Shown here one piece after another: positions 39,771-48,545 of a stretch of DNA of 64,000 bases. The position numbers were made by a program, and so were the translations under genes. The first letter of the stretch is position 1. Every line of letters begins with the position of its first letter. The notes beneath the pieces are model-generated. The model did no database searches. It saw only the letters and a list, made by a program, of their open reading frames with translations, and had not been told where the DNA came from. The DNA lies in the NCBI GenBank assembly GCA_963798845.1, contig CAWCUS010000004.1, positions 320,001 through 384,000 of the forward strand, written 5' to 3'. The stretch is from an uncultured Gemmatimonadales bacterium. Its GTDB lineage: Bacteria; Gemmatimonadota; Gemmatimonadetes; Longimicrobiales; RSA9.

Positions 39771-41621
39771 ATGCCTGAACCACGCGCCAACGATTTCGCC
39801 CTGAAGATCGCAACCGTGAACGGCACCGGCTCCGCCAGCGCCAACGGGCTCCTGATGCAGGCGATCTTCCGGATGGGGATTCCCGTCTCGGGGAAGAACC
39901 TGTTCCCGTCCAACATCCAGGGGCTGCCTACGTGGTACGAGATCCGGGTGAGCGGGAGTGGCTGGACCTCCCGGGCGGAGGCGCCGGACCTGATGGTTGC
40001 GCTGAACCCTGCCACGCAGACTCGCGACGTGGCGGAGGTGCTGCCGGGTGGCTGGGTCCTCCATGACTCCAGCTGGCCGCTGCGCCGCGACACCCTGCGG
40101 GCGGACGTGACGGTGCTGGGAATCCCTTTCGCCCGGTTGTGCAACGATCGGTTCGAGGGTGCCCGCGCGCGGACGCTGCTCCGCAACATCGCCTACCTCG
40201 GTGCTCTCTCAGCGCTGCTGGATGTCGAGCCCGACGTGATCGAGAGCCTCATTACCGAGACCTACGGCCGGAAGAAGAAGCTGTTGGACGCGAACTTCGA
40301 GGCGTTGGCGCTGGGACGGGATGAAGCCCGCTCCCGCTTCGACTGTCCGCTTCCCATCCGGCTCCGACGCCAGGCGTCCAACGACCACGCCATCCTCATC
40401 GATGGCAATACCGCCGCGGCCCTCGGCTGCATCTACGCAGGCGCCACTGTGGTCGGATGGTACCCGATCACGCCCAGCACGTCGCTGGTGGATGCGTTCC
40501 ACGGCTTCGCGCGGCGGTTCCGGGTGGACCCGGAGACGGGGCGATCCCGGGCCGCCATCATCCAGGCCGAGGACGAGCTCGCCGCCGCCGGCATGGTGAT
40601 TGGCGCCGGCTGGATGGGGGCCCGGTCCTTCACCGCCACGAGCGGGCCCGGGATCTCGCTGATGGGCGAGCTCATCGGGCTGGCGTACTACGCCGAGATC
40701 CCGTCGGTCTTCTTCGACATCCAGCGCACGGGCCCCAGCACCGGGATGCCCACCCGGACCCAGCAGGGCGACCTCATGACCGTCGTCTACGCTTCCCACG
40801 GCGACACTCGCCACATCGCCCTGTTCCCGGCCGACCCGGGCGAGTGCTTCGAGTTCGCGGTGTCCGCGTTCGACCTGGCCGAGCGCTACCAGACGCCGGT
40901 CTTCGTGGTTTCCGATCTCGACATCGGGATGAACGACTGGGTGGTGCCACGCTTCCGCTGGGACGACGCCTACGTCCCCGACCGGGGGAAGGTGCTCAGC
41001 GCCGAGGAGCTGGAGGCCGGCGCCCGGGTCGACCGCTACCTGGACGTCGATGGCGACCACGTGCCCTGGCGCACCCTTCCCGGAGACCACCCCCGGGGCG
41101 CCTACTTCACCCGCGGCTCCGGCCACGACAGCCACGCCCGGTATACGGAGGACGCCGACGCCTACCGGGAGGTGGTGGATCGGATCGCCGCCAAGATCGA
41201 CAGCGCCACACGGTCCTCGCCGGAGCCCGAGATCGTGAGCGGGCAGCGAGCCGCCGCGGGCCTGGTCACCATCGGCGGGTGCCGGTCGGCGGTCCTGGAA
41301 GCCCGCGAGCACCTCGCCGGGCGGGGGGTCGAAGTGGACGTGCTGCGCGTGCGCTCGTTCCCGTTCCACCCGTCGGTGCGGACGTTCCTCGAGACCCACG
41401 ACAGGGTGTTCGTGGTGGAGCAGAACCGGGAGGGCCAGCTGCGCAAGCTCCTGGCGGGGGAGACCGGCGTGCCGCTGGCGAGCATGACCTCCCTCCGCTT
41501 CTACGGCGGCCAGCCGCTGTCGGCGGGCCCCGTGGTGCGAGCGTTGCTCGACGACCTGGGGCCCGCGCCCGCACCACCCGACGAGGCCTCCAGGCCTCTC
41601 CAGGCCGCGGCGGGCGAATGA
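39771..41621 (+). CDS. korA: 2-oxoacid:acceptor (ferredoxin) oxidoreductase alpha subunit
   Basis: WYPITPS, QAEDE, ATSGPG, QRTGPSTGMPT, VVEQN. Confidence 0.88.
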   Translation: MPEPRANDFALKIATVNGTGSASANGLLMQAIFRMGIPVSGKNLFPSNIQGLPTWYEIRVSGSGWTSRAEAPDLMVALNPATQTRDVAEVLPGGWVLHDSSWPLRRDTLRADVTVLGIPFARLCNDRFEGARARTLLRNIAYLGALSALLDVEPDVIESLITETYGRKKKLLDANFEALALGRDEARSRFDCPLPIRLRRQASNDHAILIDGNTAAALGCIYAGATVVGWYPITPSTSLVDAFHGFARRFRVDPETGRSRAAIIQAEDELAAAGMVIGAGWMGARSFTATSGPGISLMGELIGLAYYAEIPSVFFDIQRTGPSTGMPTRTQQGDLMTVVYASHGDTRHIALFPADPGECFEFAVSAFDLAERYQTPVFVVSDLDIGMNDWVVPRFRWDDAYVPDRGKVLSAEELEAGARVDRYLDVDGDHVPWRTLPGDHPRGAYFTRGSGHDSHARYTEDADAYREVVDRIAAKIDSATRSSPEPEIVSGQRAAAGLVTIGGCRSAVLEAREHLAGRGVEVDVLRVRSFPFHPSVRTFLETHDRVFVVEQNREGQLRKLLAGETGVPLASMTSLRFYGGQPLSAGPVVRALLDDLGPAPAPPDEASRPLQAAAGE

Positions 41622-41655
41622 GCACGATCCATCATCCACACCGGCAGGGTTGGCC

Positions 41656-42711
41656 ATGAGCTACATCTCGAAACCCCGCATCCGCTTCCCCAAGCTGGAG
41701 ACCAACGGCATCGGCCTCAGCCGCCTGGACTACGAGGGCTCGATGTCCACCCTGTGCGCGGGGTGCGGCCACGATTCGGTGACGGCCGCGATCATCGACG
41801 CCTTCTTCCGGCTCGACATCCCGCCCCACCGGGTGGCCAAGCTGAGCGGGATCGGGTGCAGCGCGAAAACGCCTACCTACTTCCTGGGCACCGCCCACGG
41901 CTTCAACGGTGTCCACGGGCGCATGCCCGCCCTCGCCACTGGGGCCCAGGCCGCCAACGCTGGCCTCACCTACATCGGGATCTCCGGCGATGGCGACTCC
42001 CTCTCGATCGGCCTCGGTCAGCTCTGCCACGCCATCCGCCGCAACGTGGACATGCTCTACGTGCTGGAGAACAACGGGGTGTACGGCCTCACCAAGGGCC
42101 AGTTCTCCGCTTCGGCGGACCTGGGATCGAAGTCGAAGCGCGGGGAGCCGAACCGCCAGAACCCGATCGATCCGGTGTTCCTGGCGCTGACCCTCGGCGC
42201 GACCTTCGTCGCCCGTTCCTTCTCTGGCGACAAGGCCCAGCTCGTGCCGATCCTGGAAGCCGGGATCCGGCATCGCGGCTTCGCACTGGTCGACGTGATC
42301 TCACCGTGCGTCACCTTCAACGACCACGAGGCTTCCACCAAGAGCTACCGCTATACGCGCGAGCAGACCCGACATGTCGTGGAGGCCGACTTCGTGCCCC
42401 TGCGGGCGCCCATTGCCGCGGACTACGGGGAAGGGGAGGTGCGGGATGTGGCCATGCACGATGGCGGCCTCGTCCGCTTCAGGAAGGTGCCCGACGGCTT
42501 CGATCCCACGCGGCGCGATGTGGTCTACCGCTACCTGCGCGAGCGACAGGACGCGGGAGAGGTCCCGACGGGGCTGCTCTTCGTCGACCCCGGGGCGGGG
42601 GACATGCACGAGGTGCTGGGTACCATCGATGAGCCGCTCGTGGAGCTCCCGTTCGACGCGCTATGCCCCGGCGCCGCAGAGCTCGACGCCTTGATGGACC
42701 AGTTCCGCTAG
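41656..42711 (+). CDS. korB: 2-oxoacid:ferredoxin oxidoreductase beta subunit
   Basis: LCAGCG, SGIGCS, HGR, SGDGD, NNGVYGLTKGQ, SPCVTFN. Confidence 0.88.
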   Translation: MSYISKPRIRFPKLETNGIGLSRLDYEGSMSTLCAGCGHDSVTAAIIDAFFRLDIPPHRVAKLSGIGCSAKTPTYFLGTAHGFNGVHGRMPALATGAQAANAGLTYIGISGDGDSLSIGLGQLCHAIRRNVDMLYVLENNGVYGLTKGQFSASADLGSKSKRGEPNRQNPIDPVFLALTLGATFVARSFSGDKAQLVPILEAGIRHRGFALVDVISPCVTFNDHEASTKSYRYTREQTRHVVEADFVPLRAPIAADYGEGEVRDVAMHDGGLVRFRKVPDGFDPTRRDVVYRYLRERQDAGEVPTGLLFVDPGAGDMHEVLGTIDEPLVELPFDALCPGAAELDALMDQFR

Positions 42712-42825
42712 CGAACCTCCCGTATCCGGTGCCGGGATCGCCCGGGATGTCGGCCCGTCCCGTGTGATTCTCGTCGTGGATCCCGCGGCGGGCGCGTCAA
42801 CGGCGGGGAGCCGCTATTCTGCGCC

Positions 42826-43434
42826 ATGCTCCAGTCCATCCTGTTCGCGGGAGGCTACGCCTTCGCGGCCGGGCTCCAGCCAGGGCCACTCCAGGCATTC
42901 CTGCTTTCCCGCACGTTCGCGACGGGGTGGAAGCGCACGCTGCCGGCGGCGCTGGCGCCACTGCTGAGCGACGGACCGATCGCGCTGGTGGTGCTGCTGG
43001 TGGTGGGCCAGCTCTCGCTGCGCGCCCAACAGGGGCTGCGCATGGCTGGCGGCGTCCTGCTCCTCTATCTCGCATGGACGGCGTTTCGGCAGACACGCAA
43101 CGATGCCAGGCCGGACGCTTCGGGCTCGGCACCGCGCACGCTCTTCCAGGCCGTGCTGGTGAACCTGCTCAACCCGAACGCCTACCTGGGCTGGGCGTTC
43201 ATCCTCGGACCCGCCCTGCTGACCGCGTGGCACCGACGACCCGCCGAAGGCATCGCCCTGCTGGTCACCTTCTACGGCGTGCTGGTCACGACGACGGCCG
43301 CGTTCGTCGTGCTCGCCGGCACCGCCCGCTTCCTGAGCCCGCGAGCGCGCCGTGCGCTGCTGCAAATCTCGGCGCTCGTGCTTGCCGGACTCGGGATCTA
43401 CCTGCTCATCGCGGGAGCGCTGTACTTCATCTAG
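42826..43434 (+). CDS. LysE-family translocator
   Basis: PGP motif, GGVLLLYLAW, VNLLNPNAY. Confidence 0.85.
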   Translation: MLQSILFAGGYAFAAGLQPGPLQAFLLSRTFATGWKRTLPAALAPLLSDGPIALVVLLVVGQLSLRAQQGLRMAGGVLLLYLAWTAFRQTRNDARPDASGSAPRTLFQAVLVNLLNPNAYLGWAFILGPALLTAWHRRPAEGIALLVTFYGVLVTTTAAFVVLAGTARFLSPRARRALLQISALVLAGLGIYLLIAGALYFI

Positions 43435-43449
43435 GGGTAGAGAAGACCC

Positions 43450-44403
43450 ATGGAAATTCGACGGCTCGGCAGCTCCGACATACGGATCACTCCCATCGGC
43501 CTCGGATGCTGGCAGTTCAGCGGGGGCGAGGGAATGGCCGGCCGCTACTGGCCCGCTCTCGATCGCGCCACCACCCGGGCCATCGTCGGGGCCGCGCTGG
43601 ACGGCGGCATCAACTGGTTCGACACCGCCGAGGCGTACGGCAACGGGAACAGCGAGCGGGCCCTGAGCGACGCGCTCCGGCACGCAGGCGTGGAGCCGGG
43701 GCAGGTCGAGGTGGCCACGAAATGGATGCCGTTCTTCAGGACCGCCGGCAGCGTCGGCCGCACCATCGACGAGCGGATCCGTTGCCTGAGCCCGTATCCC
43801 ATCGACCTCCACCAGGTGCACAATCCCCACGGCATCCTGTCCACGCAGCGCTCGGTCATGAACGCCATGGCCGACCTGGTCGACAGAGGGCTGGTCGGCG
43901 CGGTGGGCGTGAGCAACTACAGCGAGAAGAAGATGCGTCGGGCCCACCGCCACCTGGCCGAGCGCGGCATTCCCCTGGTCAGCAACCAGGTCAGCTACAG
44001 CCTCCTCGACCGCAGGATCGAGCGGAACGGCGTGCTCGAGGCCGCGAAGGAGCTCGGCATCACGATCGTCGCCTACTCCCCGCTGGCCCAGGGCATTCTC
44101 ACGGGCAAGTTCCACGAGAACCCCTCCCTCATCAAGGACCGGGGCGGGCCACGGCGCTGGCTCAGGGACTTTCGGAAGAAAGGGCTTGAGAAGAGCCGCC
44201 CGCTGATCGATGTGCTGCGGAGGGTCGCCCTGAAGTACGACGCCACGCCCGGACAGGTGGCGCTCCAGTGGCTCGTGCGCGCGCACTCGGACACGGTCGT
44301 GGCGATTCCGGGGGCGTCGACCGTGGAGCAGGCCGAGCAGAATGGTCGGTGTCTGGAGTTCGAGTTGACGGAGAGTGACATCGCGGAGATCGCGGCCAGG
44401 TGA
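43450..44403 (+). CDS. Aldo/keto reductase
   Basis: IGLGCWQF, DTAEAYG, ATK, GVSNY, AYSPLAQG, IPG. Confidence 0.92.
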   Translation: MEIRRLGSSDIRITPIGLGCWQFSGGEGMAGRYWPALDRATTRAIVGAALDGGINWFDTAEAYGNGNSERALSDALRHAGVEPGQVEVATKWMPFFRTAGSVGRTIDERIRCLSPYPIDLHQVHNPHGILSTQRSVMNAMADLVDRGLVGAVGVSNYSEKKMRRAHRHLAERGIPLVSNQVSYSLLDRRIERNGVLEAAKELGITIVAYSPLAQGILTGKFHENPSLIKDRGGPRRWLRDFRKKGLEKSRPLIDVLRRVALKYDATPGQVALQWLVRAHSDTVVAIPGASTVEQAEQNGRCLEFELTESDIAEIAAR

Positions 44404-44535
44404 AGACGGCACATTGGGGGCCTTTGACAGGCGACGACCGGCGGGTCACGTTCTCTGGCATGGCGGCCTGCGGGCGCGCTGACGATGGTCCCCCGGCGGG
44501 TGCGCCTCCACGCACCTTCATCTGGGGAGGACTTC

Positions 44536-44748
44536 ATGCCCGAGAGCGTCTACAAGGTCATCGAGCTGGTCGGCACGAGCACCGAGTCGTGGGAGAAGGC
44601 CGCGGTCGCCGCGGTGGAGCGGGCGGCGCAGAGCCTGGAAGACCTGCGGATCGCCGAGGTGGTCGAGCAGGACCTCCAGATCGAGGGCGGAAAGGTGCGG
44701 GCCTACCGCGCCAAGGTGAAGGTGTCGTTCCGGTACAAGGGGGACTGA
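44536..44748 (+). CDS. Dodecin-family flavin/nucleotide-binding protein
   Basis: SVYKVIELVGTSTESWEKAA...YRAKVKVSFRY; GGGGAGG RBS. Confidence 0.9.
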   Translation: MPESVYKVIELVGTSTESWEKAAVAAVERAAQSLEDLRIAEVVEQDLQIEGGKVRAYRAKVKVSFRYKGD

Positions 44749-44817
44749 CGCCCGTGTAGGGGGGCGTCGCCTCAGGTCGGAAGCTGCGCCGTCAGCAGGT
44801 CCCGAAGGGAGGGAGTC

Positions 44818-45090
44818 ATGCCTGACCGCGTGCGCGCGCATGACACGCTCGCCATCGCCGGGCTGCACCACGGCTTCTTCGAGGCGCTCCAGGGGAATCG
44901 GGCCACCGGCGGTCTGTTGATCGCCTCCATCGGCCCCGAACCACGTTCGGTGGCAGTACGGCACCGACGGGGCGTTCACGCCGCGCGGCCCGAATCTCCC
45001 TGAGCCGGTAGCGCGCGGCGTGGTGCGGGACCTCGACGCCGGTGTGCCCGTGTTCAACGTCCGCACCATGGACGACGCGCTGCCCGCATC
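44818..45090 (+). pseudogene. Gene remnants (membrane protein N-terminus plus ADOP permease fragment)
   Basis: RBS plus MPDRVRAHDTLAIAGLHHGFFEALQGNRATGGLLIASIGP that decays; then VVRDLDAGVPVFNVRTMDDAL resembling ADOP segments (compare VVRRVDPALPIADVRT near 11430). Confidence 0.5.
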
Positions 45091-45115
45091 CAGGCGGGCA
45101 CGCGGGAGAACAACC

Positions 45116-45145
45116 TTGTTGCGCCTCCGGGCTGGCAGATACAAT
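45116..45145 (+). promoter_or_regulatory. Candidate sigma-70 promoter of the RiPP cluster
   Basis: TTGTTG-N18-TACAAT about 46 nt upstream of the PqqD ATG. Confidence 0.3.
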
Positions 45146-45191
45146 GAAGCCGTTCTCCTCGCATGGCCACCCGAACCGGCACCGGCAGACG

Positions 45192-45461
45192 ATGGTAGAC
45201 CTGGAGCGACGCCCTCGCCCTCACGATCGGGTCGTGACGCAGGAGGTCGAGGACACCGTGGTCCTGCTGGACCCGACCAGCGGGGAGTACTTCTCGCTCT
45301 CCGACACCGGCCGGCGCGTCTGGCAGCTCTGCGACGGCACGAGGGCCGCGAGCGAGATCTGCGAGGCCCTGGCGCGAGAATACGATGCGCCCCTGCCGGT
45401 GATCCAGGAGGATGTCCTGCAGCTTCTTTCCGAGCTGATGGACGCGCGACTCCTGGTATAG
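45192..45461 (+). CDS. PqqD-family RiPP recognition element (lasso B1-like)
   Basis: EVEDTVVLLDPTSGEYFSLSDTGRRVWQLCDG...EICEALAREYD...DVLQLLSELMDARLL, typical PqqD/RRE pattern. Confidence 0.9.
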   Translation: MVDLERRPRPHDRVVTQEVEDTVVLLDPTSGEYFSLSDTGRRVWQLCDGTRAASEICEALAREYDAPLPVIQEDVLQLLSELMDARLLV

Positions 45462-45468
45462 GGACCCG

Positions 45469-45945
45469 ATGCGGGCAGGCGTCGCACCGCGCCGTCTGAG
45501 GGCGGCCGCTCTGTCGGCCCGGGTCATGGCCGTCGCTACGGCCGTGCCCCTGCTCATGCGCCTCCCGCTTCCCCGGCTGGCTCGCCTGCTGGACCGGGCG
45601 ACCCGCCGTTCAGCGCCCTCCGAAGATCCGGAGCGCTCAGCCGGGCGCATCGCGGAGTGTTACGACCATCTTGCCGCCAACGGCTTCGTTCTCCGGCCCG
45701 GCTGCGTCACACGCGGCCTCACCCTCTTCTTCTTTCTGCGCCGCGCCGGCCTGGACGTCCAGCTCGTGTTCGGGATCGGTCGACCCAGGGGGGAGATGGT
45801 CGGGCACTGCTGGCTGGAACGAGCTGGAGCACCGTATCTCGAGCGCCGTGATCCGCGCCCACTTTACGCGGAGACCTACCGCCTTCCGTTGTCGGCGCCA
45901 CGACCGCCACAACCGATGCGGCCCCGGGCGCCGGGGGTGGAATGA
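45469..45945 (+). CDS. Lasso peptide B2-type transglutaminase-like leader peptidase
   Basis: GCVTRGLTL...LVFGI...GHCWLE (catalytic Cys and His of the B2 family). Confidence 0.88.
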   Translation: MRAGVAPRRLRAAALSARVMAVATAVPLLMRLPLPRLARLLDRATRRSAPSEDPERSAGRIAECYDHLAANGFVLRPGCVTRGLTLFFFLRRAGLDVQLVFGIGRPRGEMVGHCWLERAGAPYLERRDPRPLYAETYRLPLSAPRPPQPMRPRAPGVE

Positions 45946-46919
45946 CCCACTGCTACGGTCTGGCGGATGTCTCGTTCTCGGTGCAGGCCGATTCCGCCGA
46001 AGTCGTCGAGCTGCTGGACAGGCGGCTGAGGATCCTGCGGGCGAAGGGCGACGCCGGCCCCGCTCTGGTGCTGCGCTTGTCTCCGACCGTCCCGCCTCTG
46101 GCGGATCCGACGGGAGCTCTGGACGACCTGCGGACGGTGTACGACCCGCCGGCCGGGGAGGTGCTGTATTCGGAATCTTCCGATCTCCTCGTCCTGCGCC
46201 AGTCCGGCAGGGACCGGGGGTGGAGCGCGCCCCGGCGCCGCTGCGCGTGGATCGACCCGGGCGACGACGCCGGCAGCCGGTGGCGGGCGACCCATCCACT
46301 TGCGACGCTCTGCCTGTCCGAGCTCCTACGTTCGCAGGGCCTCTTCCCGGTCCACGCCGCCGCGCTGTCCCTCGACGGGAGAGGACTGCTGGTCGCAGGG
46401 AGAAGCGGCTCAGGGAAATCGACCCTCGCGCTCGCGCTCCTGAGGGCCGGGTTCGGTTTCCTCGGAGATGATACGTGCTTCGTCCGTGCCGAGCCCGGGG
46501 GCATGACGGTCTACGCGTTTCCGGACGAGATCGACGTGGCGGACGCCACCGTCCGCATGTTTCCGGAGCTCGAGCCCCTTCTGGAACGCCCCCGCCGCCC
46601 CGGTGCCGCCAAGCGCCCCCTTCTGCCGGAGGAGGTGTATCCGGTCGACTTCGTCCTTCACTGCCGCCCGGACATCCTGCTGTTCCCGGTGAGGGAGAGG
46701 GGGACCAGCCGACTGGAGCCGATGAGCGCGACAGCCGCCCTGCTGGAGCTGGCGCCCGGCATCCTGCTCACGCACCGGACCCGGGCGCAGGCCCACCTCG
46801 ACGCCCTCGGCACGCTCGTCGCCGGGAGCCGGTGCTTCCGGCTGTTCGCCGGGCAGGACTTCGAAGCGTTGCCGGAGCGGCTGGCCGGGCTCCTGGACCG
46901 GGAGCGAAAGGAACCATGA
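45942..46919 (+). CDS. HPr-kinase-like P-loop kinase
   Basis: PVHAAAL, GRSGSGKST Walker A, FLGDD; ATGA-coupled. Confidence 0.85.
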   Translation: MTHCYGLADVSFSVQADSAEVVELLDRRLRILRAKGDAGPALVLRLSPTVPPLADPTGALDDLRTVYDPPAGEVLYSESSDLLVLRQSGRDRGWSAPRRRCAWIDPGDDAGSRWRATHPLATLCLSELLRSQGLFPVHAAALSLDGRGLLVAGRSGSGKSTLALALLRAGFGFLGDDTCFVRAEPGGMTVYAFPDEIDVADATVRMFPELEPLLERPRRPGAAKRPLLPEEVYPVDFVLHCRPDILLFPVRERGTSRLEPMSATAALLELAPGILLTHRTRAQAHLDALGTLVAGSRCFRLFAGQDFEALPERLAGLLDRERKEP

Positions 46920-48190
46920 TGAGCGCGTCGCCCGTCAGCAGCTTCTCGCCGGTTGGCGCCCTCCTGGACGTCCTCGCCTTCGCGCCCTCGGGGCGCTCGC
47001 GGCCGCCACGGTCGCCCCTCGAATGGAGGCTGCTGATCCGCGCGGCGGAGCGGACCGAGCTCGAGCCCATGCTGTACCATGCGCTCACGGCGTCCGGAGC
47101 CAAGCAGGAGAGGTCGGTGCCTGAGGAAGCGCGCGCACACCTCCAGGCATTGTACGGGCGGAGCGCCCTCCGCAACGGGTTGATTCTGAACGCGTTGCAG
47201 GAGGCGCTACGGGCTTTGGATGACGCGGGTGTCGACGTCGTGGTCCTCAAGGGCGCATACCTCGCAGGCGCCGTATACGATTCCCCCGCTCTCCGTCCCA
47301 TGAACGACGTGGACATCATGGTCCGCAGATCGTCCGTCGATCGGGCCGTCCGGACCCTGCGGGACACCGGCTGGGCAGAGAGGGAAGAGGCAGGAGGGAC
47401 CCGCAAGCACCACGTGCCGGCATTCGACGGCCCGGGTGGTACTCTTCTCGAGCTTCACTGGACGCTGGAGCTGCCGTCGGCCCCGTTCGTGCTGGATATC
47501 GAGGGCGTCTGGGACCGATCCGTCGCAACGTCCCTGGCCGGTGCGCCTGCCCGATGTCTGGCGGTAGAAGATCTCCTGCTGCACCTGAGCCTGCACGCCG
47601 GCTATCACCACCGCTGGGGCGAGACGGTGCTCACGGAGCTCCCGCTCCGCTGGGTGTTCGACGTCGCGCTGGTCCTGGACCGGCTCGGCCCCACCATCGA
47701 CTGGCCTCGGCTCAGCCACCGGGCTCGCGCCTGGCGCGCATCCAGCTTCCTGTACTGCGCGATCTCCCTCGCCGCGGCGTTGTTCTCGGTATCCACGGCG
47801 GAGGGCGCGCTCGATGGGATCGACCACACGCCCGAGGACGAGCGGATCGTCGCCGTTCTCGAACGTCTGCTCGGCACGGACACCCGCGCCACGGCGCCTC
47901 ACGCGTTACGAGCCTGGCGGCGCAGCGACAGTGCGGGCGAAGGGGCGCGCGCCATCCTCCGCTCGATCTTCCCGCGCCCCGGCCGGATCGCCCAGATGTA
48001 CGGTCTGCCACCGGGCAGCCGCCGGGTCTGGCTCCTCTATCCCGCACGCGTGGTCGACCTGATCGTGCGACGCGGCGCGAAAGCGTTCGGCCTGATCGTC
48101 CGGACCCCGCGCGGGCGGGAGCTCCTGGAGCGCGAATCCGCCAAGCGCATGGTGGCGCAGTGGGTCGACTCCGCCACCCCCCGTGACTGA
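46916..48190 (+). CDS. Nucleotidyltransferase family protein (NTP_transf_5-like)
   Basis: VVLKGAYLA...RPMNDVDIMV...ELHW...EDLLLHLSLH; ATGA-coupled. Confidence 0.85.
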   Translation: MMSASPVSSFSPVGALLDVLAFAPSGRSRPPRSPLEWRLLIRAAERTELEPMLYHALTASGAKQERSVPEEARAHLQALYGRSALRNGLILNALQEALRALDDAGVDVVVLKGAYLAGAVYDSPALRPMNDVDIMVRRSSVDRAVRTLRDTGWAEREEAGGTRKHHVPAFDGPGGTLLELHWTLELPSAPFVLDIEGVWDRSVATSLAGAPARCLAVEDLLLHLSLHAGYHHRWGETVLTELPLRWVFDVALVLDRLGPTIDWPRLSHRARAWRASSFLYCAISLAAALFSVSTAEGALDGIDHTPEDERIVAVLERLLGTDTRATAPHALRAWRRSDSAGEGARAILRSIFPRPGRIAQMYGLPPGSRRVWLLYPARVVDLIVRRGAKAFGLIVRTPRGRELLERESAKRMVAQWVDSATPRD

Positions 48191-48345
48191 CCTGTCGGCG
48201 CCACGACATTGTTGCTTGCCTTCGACATGGAACGGGATCCGGAAGCACCTCGACCTCGTGCGCGGTGCGAGCCGCCCTCGGGAACAGGACTTGCGGCCAC
48301 CCCCTCGTCCACCTGCCGTCCGACCATCCACACGGGAGGCTGTCC

Positions 48346-48426
48346 ATGAGGACCCGCAAGCGGTACGTCAAGCCGCAGCTGCGTCGCCTGGGACTGCTCC
48401 GGCGCCTGACGCAGTTCACCTTCTAG
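48346..48426 (+). CDS. Lasso-leader-type RiPP precursor peptide, 26 aa (MRTRKRYVKPQLRRLGLLRRLTQ-FTF)
   Basis: Not in ORF track. GGGAGG RBS at 48334-48339; YxxPxL-xxx-G-xxxxx-T leader motif; directly downstream of the RRE/B2 cluster; followed by a hairpin. Confidence 0.85.
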   Translation: MRTRKRYVKPQLRRLGLLRRLTQFTF

Positions 48427-48447
48427 CGGTCCCTGCGATCCGCTCCA

Positions 48448-48487
48448 TTCAGCGCCCCCGGCAAATGGACCGGTCGGGGGCGCTGAA
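48448..48487. terminator. Strong hairpin after the precursor (terminator or transcript stabiliser)
   Basis: TTCAGCGCCCCCG ... CGGGGGCGCTGAA 13-bp perfect stem between convergent genes; no U-tract. Confidence 0.6.
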
Positions 48488-48545
48488 CCATTCAGGCGAC
48501 GACGTTGCCGTCCTCCGCCCATTCCGGCGGCCGGGTGGTGGCCGC

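Noticed and set aside
45192..48426. Calling the cluster a conventional lasso peptide BGC or a PQQ operon
   Set aside because: No cyclase and no ring-forming core; no pqqB/C/E or ExxxY precursor.
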